From the human T2T-CHM13v2.0 reference genome, Homo sapiens, in assembly GCF_009914755.1 (NCBI RefSeq), contig NC_060931.1: a stretch of DNA of 64,000 nucleotides. The stretch is one strand, 5' to 3'. A program made the translations under genes and the position numbers. Numbering within the stretch: position 1 is the stretch's first letter; each line of letters begins with the position of its first letter. Below, piece by piece: positions 12,653-26,089 of the stretch. A model generated the notes under the pieces. That model did not search any database, had not been told where the DNA came from, and was given only the letters and a program-made list of their open reading frames with translations.

Positions 12653-13127
12653 ATGGGCTTCAGGCTCCTCTGCTGTGTGGCCTTTTGTCTCCTGGGAGCA
12701 GGTGAGTCCTGGGCACAGCTTGAAAGTCTCCGATCTTCATTTCTTGTCCCTGAAATGCATGTGGGCCAACGATGGCTTCAGCAGGAGGCTTTCTTCTGTG
12801 CCTTATGGTTAACTTTTGTCTTCTGACACACAGGCCCAGTGGATTCTGGAGTCACACAAACCCCAAAGCACCTGATCACAGCAACTGGACAGCGAGTGAC
12901 GCTGAGATGCTCCCCTAGGTCTGGAGACCTCTCTGTGTACTGGTACCAACAGAGCCTGGACCAGGGCCTCCAGTTCCTCATTCACTATTATAATGGAGAA
13001 GAGAGAGCAAAAGGAAACATTCTTGAACGATTCTCCGCACAACAGTTCCCTGACTTGCACTCTGAACTAAACCTGAGCTCTCTGGAGCTGGGGGACTCAG
13101 CTTTGTATTTCTGTGCCAGCAGCGTAG
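12653..13127 (+). CDS. TRBV9: T cell receptor beta variable 9 (leader 12653-12701, V exon 12834-13127); His55 (*02-like) allele
   Basis: [16 protein letters not shown] leader, GT 12702, AG 12832-12833. DSGVTQTPKHLITATGQRVTLRCSPRSGDLSVYWY...FLIHYYNGEE...YFCASSV is open. Confidence 0.97.
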
Positions 13128-13166
13128 CACAGCCCTGCATGAGCATCAGCCTTCTGTGCAATAACA
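13128..13166 (+). other. 23-RSS of TRBV9
   Basis: cacagcc + 23 nt + gcaataaca. Confidence 0.9.
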
Positions 13167-13818
13167 TTCCTGCCCCACTCAGGAAGTGACGGTGAGGGGA
13201 GGGCTGCCAGCCAGAGGGGCTCAGGCCCTGGAGAGTGGACAGGCCTTTCCCAGGCACTCTCTGGTGCTTCTGTATGTGATCTGGTTTACTGCTCACTGAA
13301 GCTGTGTAAGCGAAATATTATTTTACCTGTTTATATATCTGAGGGACAGCAGATGTCCTGGGGCTCATATTTAGTAGCTAGCTGAAGTCTATTGTTTCAA
13401 CACCTCTGCACTGTCCCTCCTCACTCCGGAGATCTGTCCTTTTACCTGGTGTCCCCTTTTTGTGTCCCCAAGAGCAGGATGCTAAGGTCATATATGAAAC
13501 TGTGATCATGATAACTTGTTCCCTGACAAGTCCAATGGACACATGATTTCCAGGCAAAACATATCCATCTATTCTTTATTGTGATTTAAAAAAAAAAGAA
13601 AGAAAAGAAAGGTGCAGTTTTCTGCTCTGTAGCCCTCCTATGGGCAAGGCCAGGTCATCTCTTTTATGGAGACTGTATGAGGAGGGAGCTTTCCTAGGTT
13701 CACAGCAAATAGCAGGAAACGTTTTTTATGGGGCGTGTAGTCTTCCTGTGGCGGATGCAATCTGCCATCAGTGAAAGGACATGAAAAATTGTTATTCATT
13801 AGTTAATATTTTTTATTC

Positions 13819-14090
<272 letters not shown>

Positions 14091-14349
14091 AATTTTTTAT
14101 TCTTTATCAATAAATCTTTTGGGGCATCCTACTTTGTACAAGGGATTATATCACATGAAATATACAATGAAAAAAGATAATTGGAAAAAAGGGAAATTTT
14201 TTAAAAATGAAGAAAAGGGTGTTTCTTGCATTTGAGGGTATCAAAGTCTGTAATTTTTGGTATATTCTAATTAGTTTACTCAGTTTCTGATTTATACGAA
14301 TTTCCTCTTTCTTCTCTTTCTCTCTTTGGCTACCTACACACTTTTGCCA

Positions 14350-14665
14350 GATTTTTTAAAGTTTTTAGTAACAATATTTAACATGAGATCTACCCTTTTT
14401 ATAGACTTATAAGCACACAATACAGTTTTATACTCTGTAGTCATAACGTTGTACAGCAGATCTCTAGATCTTATTCATCTTGCATGATTGAAATTTTATA
14501 CCCATTGGCAGCAACTCCCCATTTACCCCATTCCCCAGACCCTGACCGCTACCATTCTAGTCTTTGCTTCCATGAGTTGGACTATTTTAGATAACTCATG
14601 TAAATGACATTATGCAGATTTTTGTCTTTTTGTGATTGGCTTATCTCATTTAGCCTAATGTCCTA
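14350..14665 (-). mobile_element. L1MA/MB 3' end fragment
   Basis: aacatgagatctaccc...gttgtacagcagatctctaga...ttattcatcttgcat typical of L1MA 3' UTR, antisense. Confidence 0.75.
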
Positions 14666-15631
14666 CCAAGTATAGTGGTGACAGTTTTACTTCTATCTTC
14701 CACAGTTCACTCGAATAGCTCCTTGACCAACTGTAACCCAGAATCATAAAGATAAAGGCATTCTTAGAAATATAACTTCTTGTCCTGGCTAAGTTAACTT
14801 AACACAACCCGGTACGGGATGGATTCTCCCAGGTTGAGGCATCTGGTCACATACGAGTTTCAACCTATCATGGTCCCCAGGATCCATTTTTGGCGGCACC
14901 ACTGCTGCCCAGGTGACTGTGGACACAACTTAGATGTCTCTGTCCTAGATTTTCCAGGCCCCAGCTACTGGCTTTTCTTTTAACCTGTGCCGGCAGTCTC
15001 CCTCCACTCAGACGCAGGGATCTGCCTCCTGCTCCCATCTCCGTCCTGAACTTCCGCCCTGCTGGAGTTGCATGGATATCAGGGCCCCTGGTCAATGTGC
15101 GGCAGCCCACGGAGGCACTGGGAGGGAAGCTCACCTCTAGCTGCCTTCTGGGGCCCAGTTCTGTTATACCCCAAGCAAGTGCTCTGGTCTCCCTTTGGGC
15201 TCCACAGTATGAGAAATGCACTTCATGGATTCATAGCTGACCCCTAGCTCAGTAATCTGATGACAAACTTTGAGTTTCACTCAAAGTGAAACTCTCAGAG
15301 CTGAGGGACTAGCTCTGCATTTCTCTGATGAGGGTAAGAATACAGTGCTGTAGAGATGCCTTCTTCCCTGTGTAGACCTGGCACTAAACAGGAAAAACCA
15401 GACAGGGTAAAAGTGCCCAAATATGTCTGAGAAGACTGAAAGAAAATTTCCTAAGAAAATCCTTCTCCTGACTTCATTCAGTTCCTAGTAAGACACACCT
15501 CACCCTCTGACCCCCATATCATCTGGTCCCCCCAGGATATCACACGTCCTAGTATCTAACCCCACAGCAACTAATTCAGATACTGGCCTCTTTCCAACCT
15601 CCAGAAACGGTCTTGCCAATAGAGTTTTGTT

Positions 15632-15933
15632 GGCCGGGCGTGGTGGCTCACGCCTGTAATCCCAGCACTTTGGGAGCCCGAGGTCTGGTCTGGTCACCTG
15701 AGGTCAGGAGTTCCAGACCAGCCTGGCCAACATATTGTGAAACTCCGTTCCTTCCAAAAAAAAAAAAATTACAAAAATTAGCTGGTCATGGTGGCACATA
15801 CCTGTGGGAAGCTGAGGCAGGAGAATTGCTTAAACCCAGGAGGCAGAGGTTGCTGTGAGCTGAGATCTCATCACTGCACACTCCAGCCTGGGCAACAGAG
15901 CAAGACTCCATCTCTTAAAAAAAAAAAAAAAAA
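15632..15933 (+). mobile_element. Alu (AluS-like)
   Basis: ggccgggcgtggtggctcacgcctgtaatccc...polyA; TSD agagttttgt. Confidence 0.96.
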
Positions 15934-16699
15934 AGAGTTTTGTCCTCTGACCACCAGGTCTATCTAGATATCTAGGCAGATTTAATTTACGATTAATTTG
16001 ACCTCTTAATCCCATTAAAGGGAGAATGAAGAGCGTATGGTTTCAATGTAAAGTATATTCATTTTATTTTGAATGAGTTGGAACTAAGTAGTAAACTGAG
16101 GATATCACTCCATTATAGTCTTAAAACAACCCATGGTAAAACAAATCTCTTTACTAGGACTTTCTTTTTCACATTTTAGTTCCTAGTTACCCAGAGTCCA
16201 GAATAGTTAAGAGTTGAAGAGTCATGACTGAGATGGTCTGTGGGGGTTTATAAATGAGCATTCACTTGTTGAACAAGCCTAGGGCCACTCTCTATGGAAG
16301 CAGTTTGTCAGCTGGTTTGGGAATTTTTAATTTAAAATATGGTACGTTCTTTATCTTGTATAAGTATAAAGTCTACAAATATAATTTGCATATATAGGCT
16401 AGTGCCTGAAGATTTGGGTAGGACAAAAAGGAAAGAAGAGATAATATTTGCAGATTTAGGAAGTTTCATTATATAAAACTTCAAGGGCTCAGGGGCTCTA
16501 ATTTGTGAAGATAGTATAATGAAGAAGAATTAGAAAATCAGAACTCTCTTCTGGAGCCTACACTGGGGTTGTCCTGAGAAAAGATTATGATATGAGGAAC
16601 ATAATCCATGGTGTGCTTAGCAGCCCAGAGTGTAGCAGACAGTTCTTGACTCATGCAGTTGGGGGGGTGAGACTGGAGACACTTGTGGAAGGTACTGGC

Positions 16700-17510
16700 T
16701 GTTGAGGCTGTGCTATAGCCTCTCCAAAACCCCATAGATGAATGTCAGACAAATATACTGCCACTATGAAGAATATTAAAAGTTAGCAGAATTCATAAAC
16801 ACTCGCAATAGGCAGCCTGAAGGTTTAAATTTTAGCATCATGACATATGACAGTTTGAAGAGCTGTAGTTAAATGCACACAAAAGAGAATTGAAACCTGA
16901 ACAAGAAAAAAGAGACTCTCAGAAATCATTAGATAACTTTTTTAAAAGCATTGAATGGGATGTCTAGAAATGATCCCTAAAATGACTAAAAGAAAGCAGA
17001 TAAATTGAAGAGCAGATTAGATGCTCATTGAAGAGATTATTATTGACTTCAAAGACAAATCTTAAGAAGTTACCCAAAACAACACAAAAAATTAAATGTA
17101 TAATATGAAACAGAGAGGAAGCAACAGAGAAGAAACAATGGAGGTTTCAGTTATATTCGAATATATGTAACATTTCATAAGAATTTTCCATTTATTCTTA
17201 TGTCATTGAAGTGTCAGAGAAAGAAAATAAGGAGAATGATATGAGGTGATATTGTGTGTGATGCTAGCTGAGAAATTTCCAGAGACATCTAAAGACCTAA
17301 AACGTGAGTTTCAAGAATTCAAATAAATCCCAGGTTAAATAGTTACCTCAGTGTTAAAATAGAAGAATATGAATGATGAAGACACAATTTTTCAAGCAGT
17401 CCAAGAAAGACAAATATCTCGCAAAGGAATAGACTGAGACCGACAGGAACGGTGAAGAAAGGGAGTTAAAAATATCTATAAATGCAGATTATAGTCCTCA
17501 TTCATCAAAG
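16700..17510 (+). mobile_element. Ancient L1M fragment (paralog of 3480-4460)
   Basis: gctgagaaatttccagagacatctaaagacctaa...tttcaagaattcaaataaa matches 4217-4280. Confidence 0.55.
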
Positions 17511-17578
17511 AGACAAGGAGACCTCGGCAGTTCATATTCTGACCCCTTGGGCTGGTGACCTGAAATATATTTGGCTGA

Positions 17579-17870
<292 letters not shown>

Positions 17871-18289
17871 TAAAGTGTAGGTTCAAGAAATCTTAGGTCC
17901 CTATAAATTCTCTGACAAATCTCCAATCTAGCACAGTTATTTACTCTCTGAAATTCTGGTAACAAAGACAAGCACAGATTACTTTTGCCTGATTAAATCA
18001 TGTTTCAGACACAAAGTCATCTAAAATGCAAATATAGTAGTCTGATAGTTCATTATGTAAAATTAACATAAAGAGTTGCCGTTTAAGGAAATATGAAAAT
18101 GTTACCTCTTATGAACTTCCTGCTTGATAACTGAGTCTGATGTGCATGAAGGTGTGGTGCTCCTAGAAAGATATGGCTTCAGTGCAATTGTACATCACAC
18201 AAGAGAGCTGATAGAAGAAGGCACAGCTTTATTGGAAAGAAGACCACAGAGGAGCCTCTAGTGGCTTCCATGACATCCTCTCCGCCCAC

Positions 18290-18730
18290 CTCTGATTTCA
18301 GCCTTGCTGCTGTGGACGGTGCCAGTTCCCATTCACCTCTTGCTGACAGTGCCCTTCTGCAGTGCCTGCTTGGAATGTTGCTGCTTCCTGCTCTGGGGTC
18401 TTCTCTGGTATCTGAATCCACTTGGGCTGTATTCAAAGACAGCCAGAGGTCCTGATGCTCCTGGTGGAACAGGACGGGGACAAAAGCTCCAACCTGCCCA
18501 TTCATGCAGATACTCCAGAGAGCACCCTATGCTCTTGGAGGTCCTGATGGATTCCGTCTCCTGTTGCCCCGCCACAAATACAATATTGCACCTTTATCCT
18601 GGTTTCTCCCTTCCCTATTTTGTTTTCCTTGCTCTCTTACTTCTTCCTGGAATCATTTCCCAAATAAGCTACATGCACCCAAGTCTCCCCATCACAGACT
18701 TTGTCTTCAGAGACAGACTAAACTGTGGCA
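18290..18730 (+). mobile_element. ERVL LTR remnant (LTR16-like); paralog ~43370-43821
   Basis: 3' end cctggaatcatttcccaaataagctacatgcacccaagtc...aaactgtggca resembles LTR16/33 termini. Confidence 0.45.
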
Positions 18731-19517
18731 GTGATGGAATGAAGCGACCATCAAAAGACCCTACCTTTTGAAGGAGACAACTGTTTATCTTTTATTCATA
18801 TGGCTACCCATTCATTTAAAAAGTCTTATGATGATGTATATAAACTAATCTTTTCCAAATCCATTTGGATTCATCTGGAATTCCCAGCGTTCTCAGGATG
18901 GCTCTCTGCTCCCTTAAAACTTCAAACCTATTTTGAACTGAATAAACTTGGATTCTGTTTACAGAAGTAGAATCTGCCTGGACTCAGATAATCATTCATT
19001 CCTTTCTTCATTCAATAAATATTTAATGAATTATAGGTGAAGATTAGATTCAAGTTTTGTGGCGCACAAAGCTGATACATTTTAGGTAGCTCTTTGCAAA
19101 AGAGAGTGCAAAATAGCAAAGAGTTGAAAAGACCCTGTGCAAGTGAGAAGGCCTGAGGTTATTCTTCATCGGCTTCATGGCAAATACACAGGTACTGTCC
19201 AGGTACTTGGGAAACACCAGTGCAAAAAACAGACAAAGCTTCAAGTTGAGGTAGACGATTTTAACACATAATTGTTATAATTTATTATACTTAATAATAA
19301 ATTAATTTAAAAGTAGAAGGATATATTCCTGGTAGATGCTTATCTTCCCGGAGAAGTTAGAGTGTCATTGAGAATATCAACATTCTTGGTAAATCATACC
19401 TGATTTAGGGAATGATCCTTGGAGCTCTGGAATTCTACGTGCCTTACCTTGCAAAATGAAGGTCCTGATCTGAAAAGTTTTTTTTTTTTTTTTTTTTTTT
19501 TATGCCCTGGCCCAACC

Positions 19518-19969
19518 ATGAGGATTGGCTTCTTTGCTGTGTGGCTCTTGGTCTCCCAGGATCAGGTGAGTTCTGGGCATAGATGAGAAAGTCCTTCCTG
19601 GGCTTGTCGGGCCCCAACCACGGCCTCCTATGGGGGTGCTCATGGGCCTCCTCCCTGTCTCCACTTCTGATTCTGTGTCCTCTCTCACTGGAGCATGATT
19701 GTGGGAATTACCCATCCAGGTTGCATCAAGATGTGCAATAGATAGCCTATTGTATCTGAAATAACTATTGCAGTGCTATGGACTACATGTGAGTTTTGCA
19801 CCATAGCACGTTTACAAATCCATCAACCTTCTCCCATTTGGTGAATATAAGATCTGCTGGATGGGAATAGAGGATTTTCCTGTGACCCTAGAGACTCCAG
19901 GTAGGTGTAGTTCTTGGTGAACATTTCATCCATATTCCTAATGAGCCTCCTCTTTTCTTCACAGGAAGT
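19518..19969 (+). pseudogene. Unnamed TRBV relic R1a (TRBV6/10-like clan)
   Basis: Leader ATG 19518 to donor GTGAGT 19566 (48 nt, similar to the TRBV9 leader); ggaattacc (GIT) ~19703; GEYKICWMGIEDFPVTLET (~19840-19896) versus TRBV6 [19 protein letters not shown]; RSS remnant catattc-23-acaggaagt (19931-19969). Confidence 0.72.
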
Positions 19970-20557
19970 ACAGTCACTCAGGGGACTTAGATGGGGCAGT
20001 GTTTGTGGCTTCACCTGAAGCAAAGGGAGAAAACACCCCCATGAGAATACACAGCAGCCTGAGCTTGGATGGTGACATTCCCATCAGGTGTAATGAGGTG
20101 CTACAGCATGTAACAAGTCTTCAAGCGGTCATGACCTTGAACCTGGAACTTGGAACTTGGAGACATTTCTGGATGTCATTTAACCGAGGGTATCCCTGTA
20201 TGCTGGCATACAAGTGTCCAGAGGTTAAACGAAGAGGAAAATAATTCAACTTGGAGTTGAATTTTGTGCAGGAAGTCATAAAAGTCACCAGGACTGCTAT
20301 GACAATGTTCTTTAGCCTACAGAAATATTCATAAAAGTGAAAATAGTATTCAAATAAAGAATTTCTCATGATGGAAATAAAATATACATAGAAGAACAAA
20401 TTCCCCTATTAAAATCAGGGAAAGAGCTTAGGAGTTTATTAGATTTCTTTCAAAACAGACCTAAAAATTATTCAACTCTGTTATAAATAATTTGTTCCTG
20501 CGGGGAAGAGAAGGGGCATGGCAGGTTAGCTCCGCAGTTCAAGCATTCAGCAGGAAC

Positions 20558-20567
20558 AGTGACATCA
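20558..20567 (+). promoter_or_regulatory. Vbeta promoter decamer of TRBV10-1
   Basis: AGTGACATCA. Confidence 0.8.
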
Positions 20568-20642
20568 TCAAGTCACTGAGAGCCCAACTTCAGTCTGCCC
20601 ACAGCAGGGCTGGGAGACACAAGATCCTGCCCTGGAGCTGAA

Positions 20643-21092
20643 ATGGGCACGAGGCTCTTCTTCTATGTGGCCCTTTGTCTGCTGTGGGCAGGTGAGGGCT
20701 GGTCACAGGAGGGCCTCCTTCCCTGGAATTCCCAAGGCCTCAGTGCAGGCTTTTCTGTTGGGATGACAGCATCAGCATCTGTTGTTCTCTATTACAGGAC
20801 ACAGGGATGCTGAAATCACCCAGAGCCCAAGACACAAGATCACAGAGACAGGAAGGCAGGTGACCTTGGCGTGTCACCAGACTTGGAACCACAACAATAT
20901 GTTCTGGTATCGACAAGACCTGGGACATGGGCTGAGGCTGATCCATTACTCATATGGTGTTCACGACACTAACAAAGGAGAAGTCTCAGATGGCTACAGT
21001 GTCTCTAGATCAAACACAGAGGACCTCCCCCTCACTCTGGAGTCTGCTGCCTCCTCCCAGACATCTGTATATTTCTGCGCCAGCAGTGAGTC
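20643..21092 (+). CDS. TRBV10-1: T cell receptor beta variable 10-1 (leader 20643-20691, V exon 20798-21092); *02-like (GVHDT)
   Basis: [16 protein letters not shown] leader, GT 20692, AG 20796-20797. [35 protein letters not shown]...YFCASSE is open. Confidence 0.96.
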
Positions 21093-21131
21093 CACAGTGC
21101 TGCACAGCTGCCTCCTCTCTGCACATAAAGG
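21093..21131 (+). other. 23-RSS of TRBV10-1
   Basis: cacagtg + 23 nt + acataaagg. Confidence 0.93.
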
Positions 21132-22196
21132 GCAGTTAGAATGACTGAGGTTGCCTGTGCTCCCAAGTCCCAGCCTTCACAGGAGTCGGAGAGCCCTGGC
21201 TAGCCTGGGGGCCATAGAGCAGGGGCCATATAAACCTTGATGTTGAGGTCCATTCCTACCCCAGTCTCAGACCAACTGGAGGTCACCCCAACACCCTTAG
21301 CTTCTGCAGTTCCCTCTTTCCTTTTGTAAAATGGAAAAGGCATCTTTAGTCGAGATTCCTAATTTCGTTGAAAATTTGAAACCCACCATATTCTTCTCTA
21401 CCCTAAGGGCTGGGTGACTTTTCCACATACCCTTTCCCCTACCCTCTACTGCCTTTCAACTCCCAATCATAAATCTTTGCCCATGTGGTCTCTGCTCCTG
21501 GGGGCCCTTTATTCTAAGGGCAATAGACCCACGAGGTCCTATATCATTAGCCATTTACGTACCTCTTCATCATCATTTTGCACCATGTTTTCCCTGGCTC
21601 TCTGCTCCAGCCACACTCCCTTACATGCAGTTATTTCTTCATATGTGTCTGTTGTTTTCCACCCTGGGGATTGTTTATATAAATTCTTTCTTCTGCACTG
21701 AGCATACATACCACCCACTTAGTCCTACATCTCTACTTCATTTCTTAAATTAAAGTGTATTTCAGGCACACTTGCTCTTAATTGTAAAAAGCAAAAAAGA
21801 AAGTTTACTAGAAAAATTTAAGAAAAGCATTTTATGCATTCAGTTGAGGGATGACATTTTTAGAGGAGACAAAAAGCCACAAGCCAAAAGAACAACATTC
21901 ATAACGCTAGTTGCATTAAATTGTTTCAAGCCAAAACACACCATAAAAAATAAAGTTAAGCTACAGCCTGGGAAAGGCATGAGGAATGCATACAAATGAT
22001 GAAAAATCAGTGTGACAGAGAACATTCAGTGTAACAGAGAACATTCAGAACATCACTGAATACCTGTAGCTCCTCCATGGTTTCTGGTCTCCCTTGCAGT
22101 TGGAGGGGTGGGAACATGTCACCAGGTTCTGAATAGTGGGATAAAATGATGTCAGCTCATTTCAAGCCTGGCCCTTAAAAATATTCTGTGGCACCA

Positions 22197-22750
22197 TGTT
22201 GAGGGTCTCTAAATGTACTCCCATGTTTAGAGTGTTGGTATATGGCATAGAGTTGTACTCATGGCTAAGATTTATTAAAGTGTCATAGTAAATACTCTGC
22301 AGCAGAACATGTGGAGAAAACACACAGGCAGAATCTGGAGGAATTCACAGGCAGGCTTCCTTATGCTCTCTTCCTCTCAGGAGGGGTCACACAGAGCTCT
22401 CTCTCCTCCCAGCAGCAAAAATGCATTAACACACGTGCAGTGTATCTGCCAAGGGAGCCCATTACAGACTTAGCACCCAAGAGGTTTTAGTAGAAGCTGG
22501 TCACACAGGCACCTACTTTTTAGCATGAACCAAAAGTCTAGATCCCAAAAGAAAATCTGATGTTCAGCATAATATTATTTGCAACACCAGCCTAGGAACG
22601 ATGAGCCACCCCTGTCAGTCAGGAGAAACTTTGCATCAGTTCAGGGCACCGTTCACCAGCCAAGCTCCCAGATGTCTGCCAGAGTCCAATCTTGCAAGCA
22701 GGACTTTCTAAGCACCGCAGTCTCCAGCCTCCTGTCAACTCTTGTGCACA
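22197..22750 (-). mobile_element. ERVL LTR (MER68/MER77-like) nested in an older MLT1-like element; paralog 47927-48461
   Basis: tgttgagggtctc...gttgtactcatggctaagatttatt...caactcttgtgcaca; MLT1-like flanks at ~22070-22195 and ~22750-22990. Confidence 0.55.
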
Positions 22751-23459
22751 GACACTCTTCAACTCTCTTTTGCCATGTCCTGAACTCGGGAGCTACACGG
22801 TACAGATTGCCTAATGATAATATGGAAGCAGCCTGGCTCACTGAGTCAGAATTTGGTGGACAATCACAGAAGAAAGCTGCTCATGCCACACTGGGCTTTG
22901 TGGTCATGGGAAGTAAGACTTCATAGAGCTATGCCAGTGAGATTTTAGGATTTGTTTTGTTTGTTTTGTTTTCTGTAGCACAGCTGTTCTTGTCTAAGAG
23001 AATTAGTATCTAGAATGAGTAAAATATTCTTATTACTTAGTATTAAGAAGACAGCTCAATAAAAATAGCAATACTGAGGCTGAGTAGGCAATTCACACAA
23101 GAGTGAACATAAGTTACCACTAAACATGAGAATAACTTCGCAACCTTACTTACAATCAGAATATTGCAACCTGAAACAGTAAGTTATGATTTCAAAATTA
23201 CTAGATTGGATACTTTTCCAAGGAATGACAGTCCTACATTTGAGTAGACATATGGGCTGGTGAAAATTGTTTGTATATTTATTACAAAAGATAATTACAA
23301 CTACATCAGAAAACCCACTGTGGGATATATTGTGACAAACCACATTTCTGGAAAATTTATCAATGTATTTAAATCACTTGGGTTCCTTTCATTGTCTTTA
23401 AGTTCAATAATGGAGAATGCAACTGTCAGTGTTTTTCCTATTTTGAAGGTAGTCTTTCC

Positions 23460-24320
23460 ATCTTTTAAAAAGTATGATAAAATGCACGTAACATATAATT
23501 TCATCACTTTATTTTTTAAATGTACAATTCAATGACATTAAGTACATTCACCTTGTTGTGGAATTATCAGCATTATCCATTTCCAAAATTATTTTCATCA
23601 CCCCAAACAGAAACCCTGTACCCATTAAGAAATAACTTCACATTCTCCCTCCTCTGGCAAACTCTAATCTATTTTGTATATGAACGAATTTGCCTATTTT
23701 AGATAATGAATTTACATGAAACCAGGCACTATTTTTCCTTTTGTTTCTGGCTTCTTTCACTTAGCATAACGCTTTCCAGGTGTATCCACATTGTAGCATT
23801 TATTAGAACTTCATTCTTTTTCATTCTCAATAATATTCCATTGTGTGTATATAACACATTTGTTTATTCATTCATTAGTCAATTGACATTTGGGTGGTTT
23901 CCACCTTGTAGATATTGAGAACAATGGTGCAGTCAAGATTGGCCTGGAAATATCTGTTTGATTCCTTGTTTTCAATTCTTTTGGGTCTATACCTAGGAGT
24001 GGAACTTCTGGGTCCTTTGGTAATTCTGTTTCTCGTTTTGAGTAACTACCAAAATATTTCTTTGTTGCAGCTGCACGATTTTGGATTTCCACCAGCAGTG
24101 TCCAGTTTCTTCACAACATTTCCAGAACTTGTTATTTCCTTTTCTTTTTCTTTTTTCTTTTCAAAAATATGATGATGATGATTACTGTTTTTATAGCCAT
24201 CCTAGTAAGTGTGAATGATATCTCATTGCGGTTTTGATTTGCATTTCCCTAATGACTAAAGATGTTAAGTGTCTTTTCTTGTGCCTATGGGCAATTTGCA
24301 TACCTTCTTTGAAGGTAATA
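23460..24320 (-). mobile_element. L1MB-like 3' fragment; paralog ~49350-50190
   Basis: tgtacaattcaatgacattaagtacattcac...ttttgatttgcatttccctaatgactaa, antisense L1 3' UTR and ORF2 end. Confidence 0.8.
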
Positions 24321-25119
24321 TTTATTTTATTTGATTGTGTTTTTAGAGTCGCTGTTGACTTTAGATTTAAGCTGGTGTACTGTGATGATACTAAAGGAAA
24401 TTGAGATTGAGATTAAACTTCTCTTGGGCGATTTGTTGTGGCTAGTGTTTTTAGTGCAGTACTTCTGAGACATTTTTGGTATACTGTAGAAGAGAGAAAT
24501 AAGTAATTTATTGATATTTCTGGGAATTAGATTTTTTTTTACAAAGAGAAGAGAGATATAAATAAGAAACGGGAAGATGAGGAAGAAATCTGTGGTGCTG
24601 ACTTGAATTGGAGTTATTAATGCAAACTTAAGGTTTTAAAGATTATATATTTCCTAACTTTATCCAGAGAAGGGTCTAAAAAACAATACAAAGTAAATAA
24701 ACGAATGGCTATATTTGCTTTTTTTTGTGCTCCCCAGTAACAATAGGTACATTATTTTATTCCAAATGTTATTCCTTATAAAAGGCTGCTTCCATATCAA
24801 GGGAAGGAAAAGTGTTAGAACATCTTTTGGTAGAAATCAAGAAAAAGGTCAGAACCAAGAAGACATGTCCAAAATCCACAGAAGCAATTTCAAGGGGCTC
24901 CATTAGCCAAATCCGGGTCAATGCAAGCTTTAAAGAAGAATAATGAGGATACTGAATTGTAACAAGTTATAAAAATCTATAAGGCTATAATGACAATCAA
25001 AAGAGATAGATAAGAATCTCTTCATTACGGAAGAATGCTAGTTGATATATCTAATGAGAAAATCAATGCAACCATCCACATAATTATAGACAAATTCCAT
25101 TAGTAGATGCCTAAACTAA

Positions 25120-25420
25120 CAGTTTTTGTTTCCTTCAATACTTTGAGTTATACTGTTCTACTCTCTCCTGGCCTGTTGGGTTTCTGCTGAGAAATCTGCT
25201 GAAGGCCATACTGGGGCTCCTTTAAATGTGATATGTTTCTCACTGCATGCTGCTTTTAGTATTCTTTCTTTGTCTTTGATTTTTGGTAATTTGATTATAT
25301 TGTGTCTTGGTGAACTCCTTTTTGGGTTGAATTTGATTGGCAGCCTCCAAGCTTCCTGCACCTGGATGTTGCTGTCTTTCCTCAGATTTGGGAAATTTTC
25401 AACCATTATTTCCTTATATA
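25120..25420 (-). mobile_element. L1 ORF1 fragment
   Basis: Minus-strand translation EIMVENFPNLRKD..IQVQEA...SPRHNIIKLPKIKDKERILKAA...SADFSAET is L1 ORF1p. Confidence 0.88.
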
Positions 25421-26070
25421 TGTTTTTGGGGCCTAACAGCATATGTACCTTGTTTCAAAGCATCAATACACAGATTATTACTTAATTACAAAGGGTAAAG
25501 GGCACATTCACAATGGAGAGATCTTGGATCAGTCATCTCAAATTAAGCATTGCCAAAATGCATAAAAATGACATTCCATATTCTTGTGATTGACCAGATG
25601 CAATGGGAAATAGACATCATCTATGGTGTATATTTTCCAAGTAATTAACCTCTAATAATATGAAAATTTTTATCGTGAGCTGTTTTACAAGTAAGCTGAC
25701 CAGGACACTTCAAAAATCTATGGTCATGAAAAACAGAAAATATAATAAGTGGGTGGAGGAGATGTATCATTGAAAAGTAACTAAAGAGATCCGACAACTT
25801 CCTGAAATACATGATCTTTGATATTGTCCCAGAGGAAAAAGTAAATCAAAACCAAGGGACATGGTTTTGGTGGGGACAAACCACGGCCAAACCGCAGGCG
25901 GGGCTCTGGCAAGACAGTAGGAATAGATGGAGTTGGGAGGAACTCCCCCCAGTGCCGCGCAAACACTGTCCAATATTAGCCCTGATTCTACTGAGGACAG
26001 TGTAGACATGGCCCCAGTATTTCTGACCCATGAATGGAGGGCCTGAGCCTGGTAACTCTGAACCGTTCAT

Positions 26071-26089
26071 TGACCAGCAGGCGGCACTA
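26071..26089 (+). promoter_or_regulatory. CTCF-like motif upstream of relic R2a
   Basis: TGACCAGCAGGCGGCACTA. Confidence 0.62.

Noticed and set aside
18179-18771. Paired ORFs conserved between copies (18179-18771 and 43149-43833) as a novel gene
   Set aside because: Frames and stops differ between copies and the region overlaps an ERVL-like LTR; similarity is explained by the duplication.
22008-22045. 19-bp tandem duplication cagtgt(g/a)acagagaacatt
   Set aside because: Two-copy local slippage in intergenic DNA; not an array, no functional indication.
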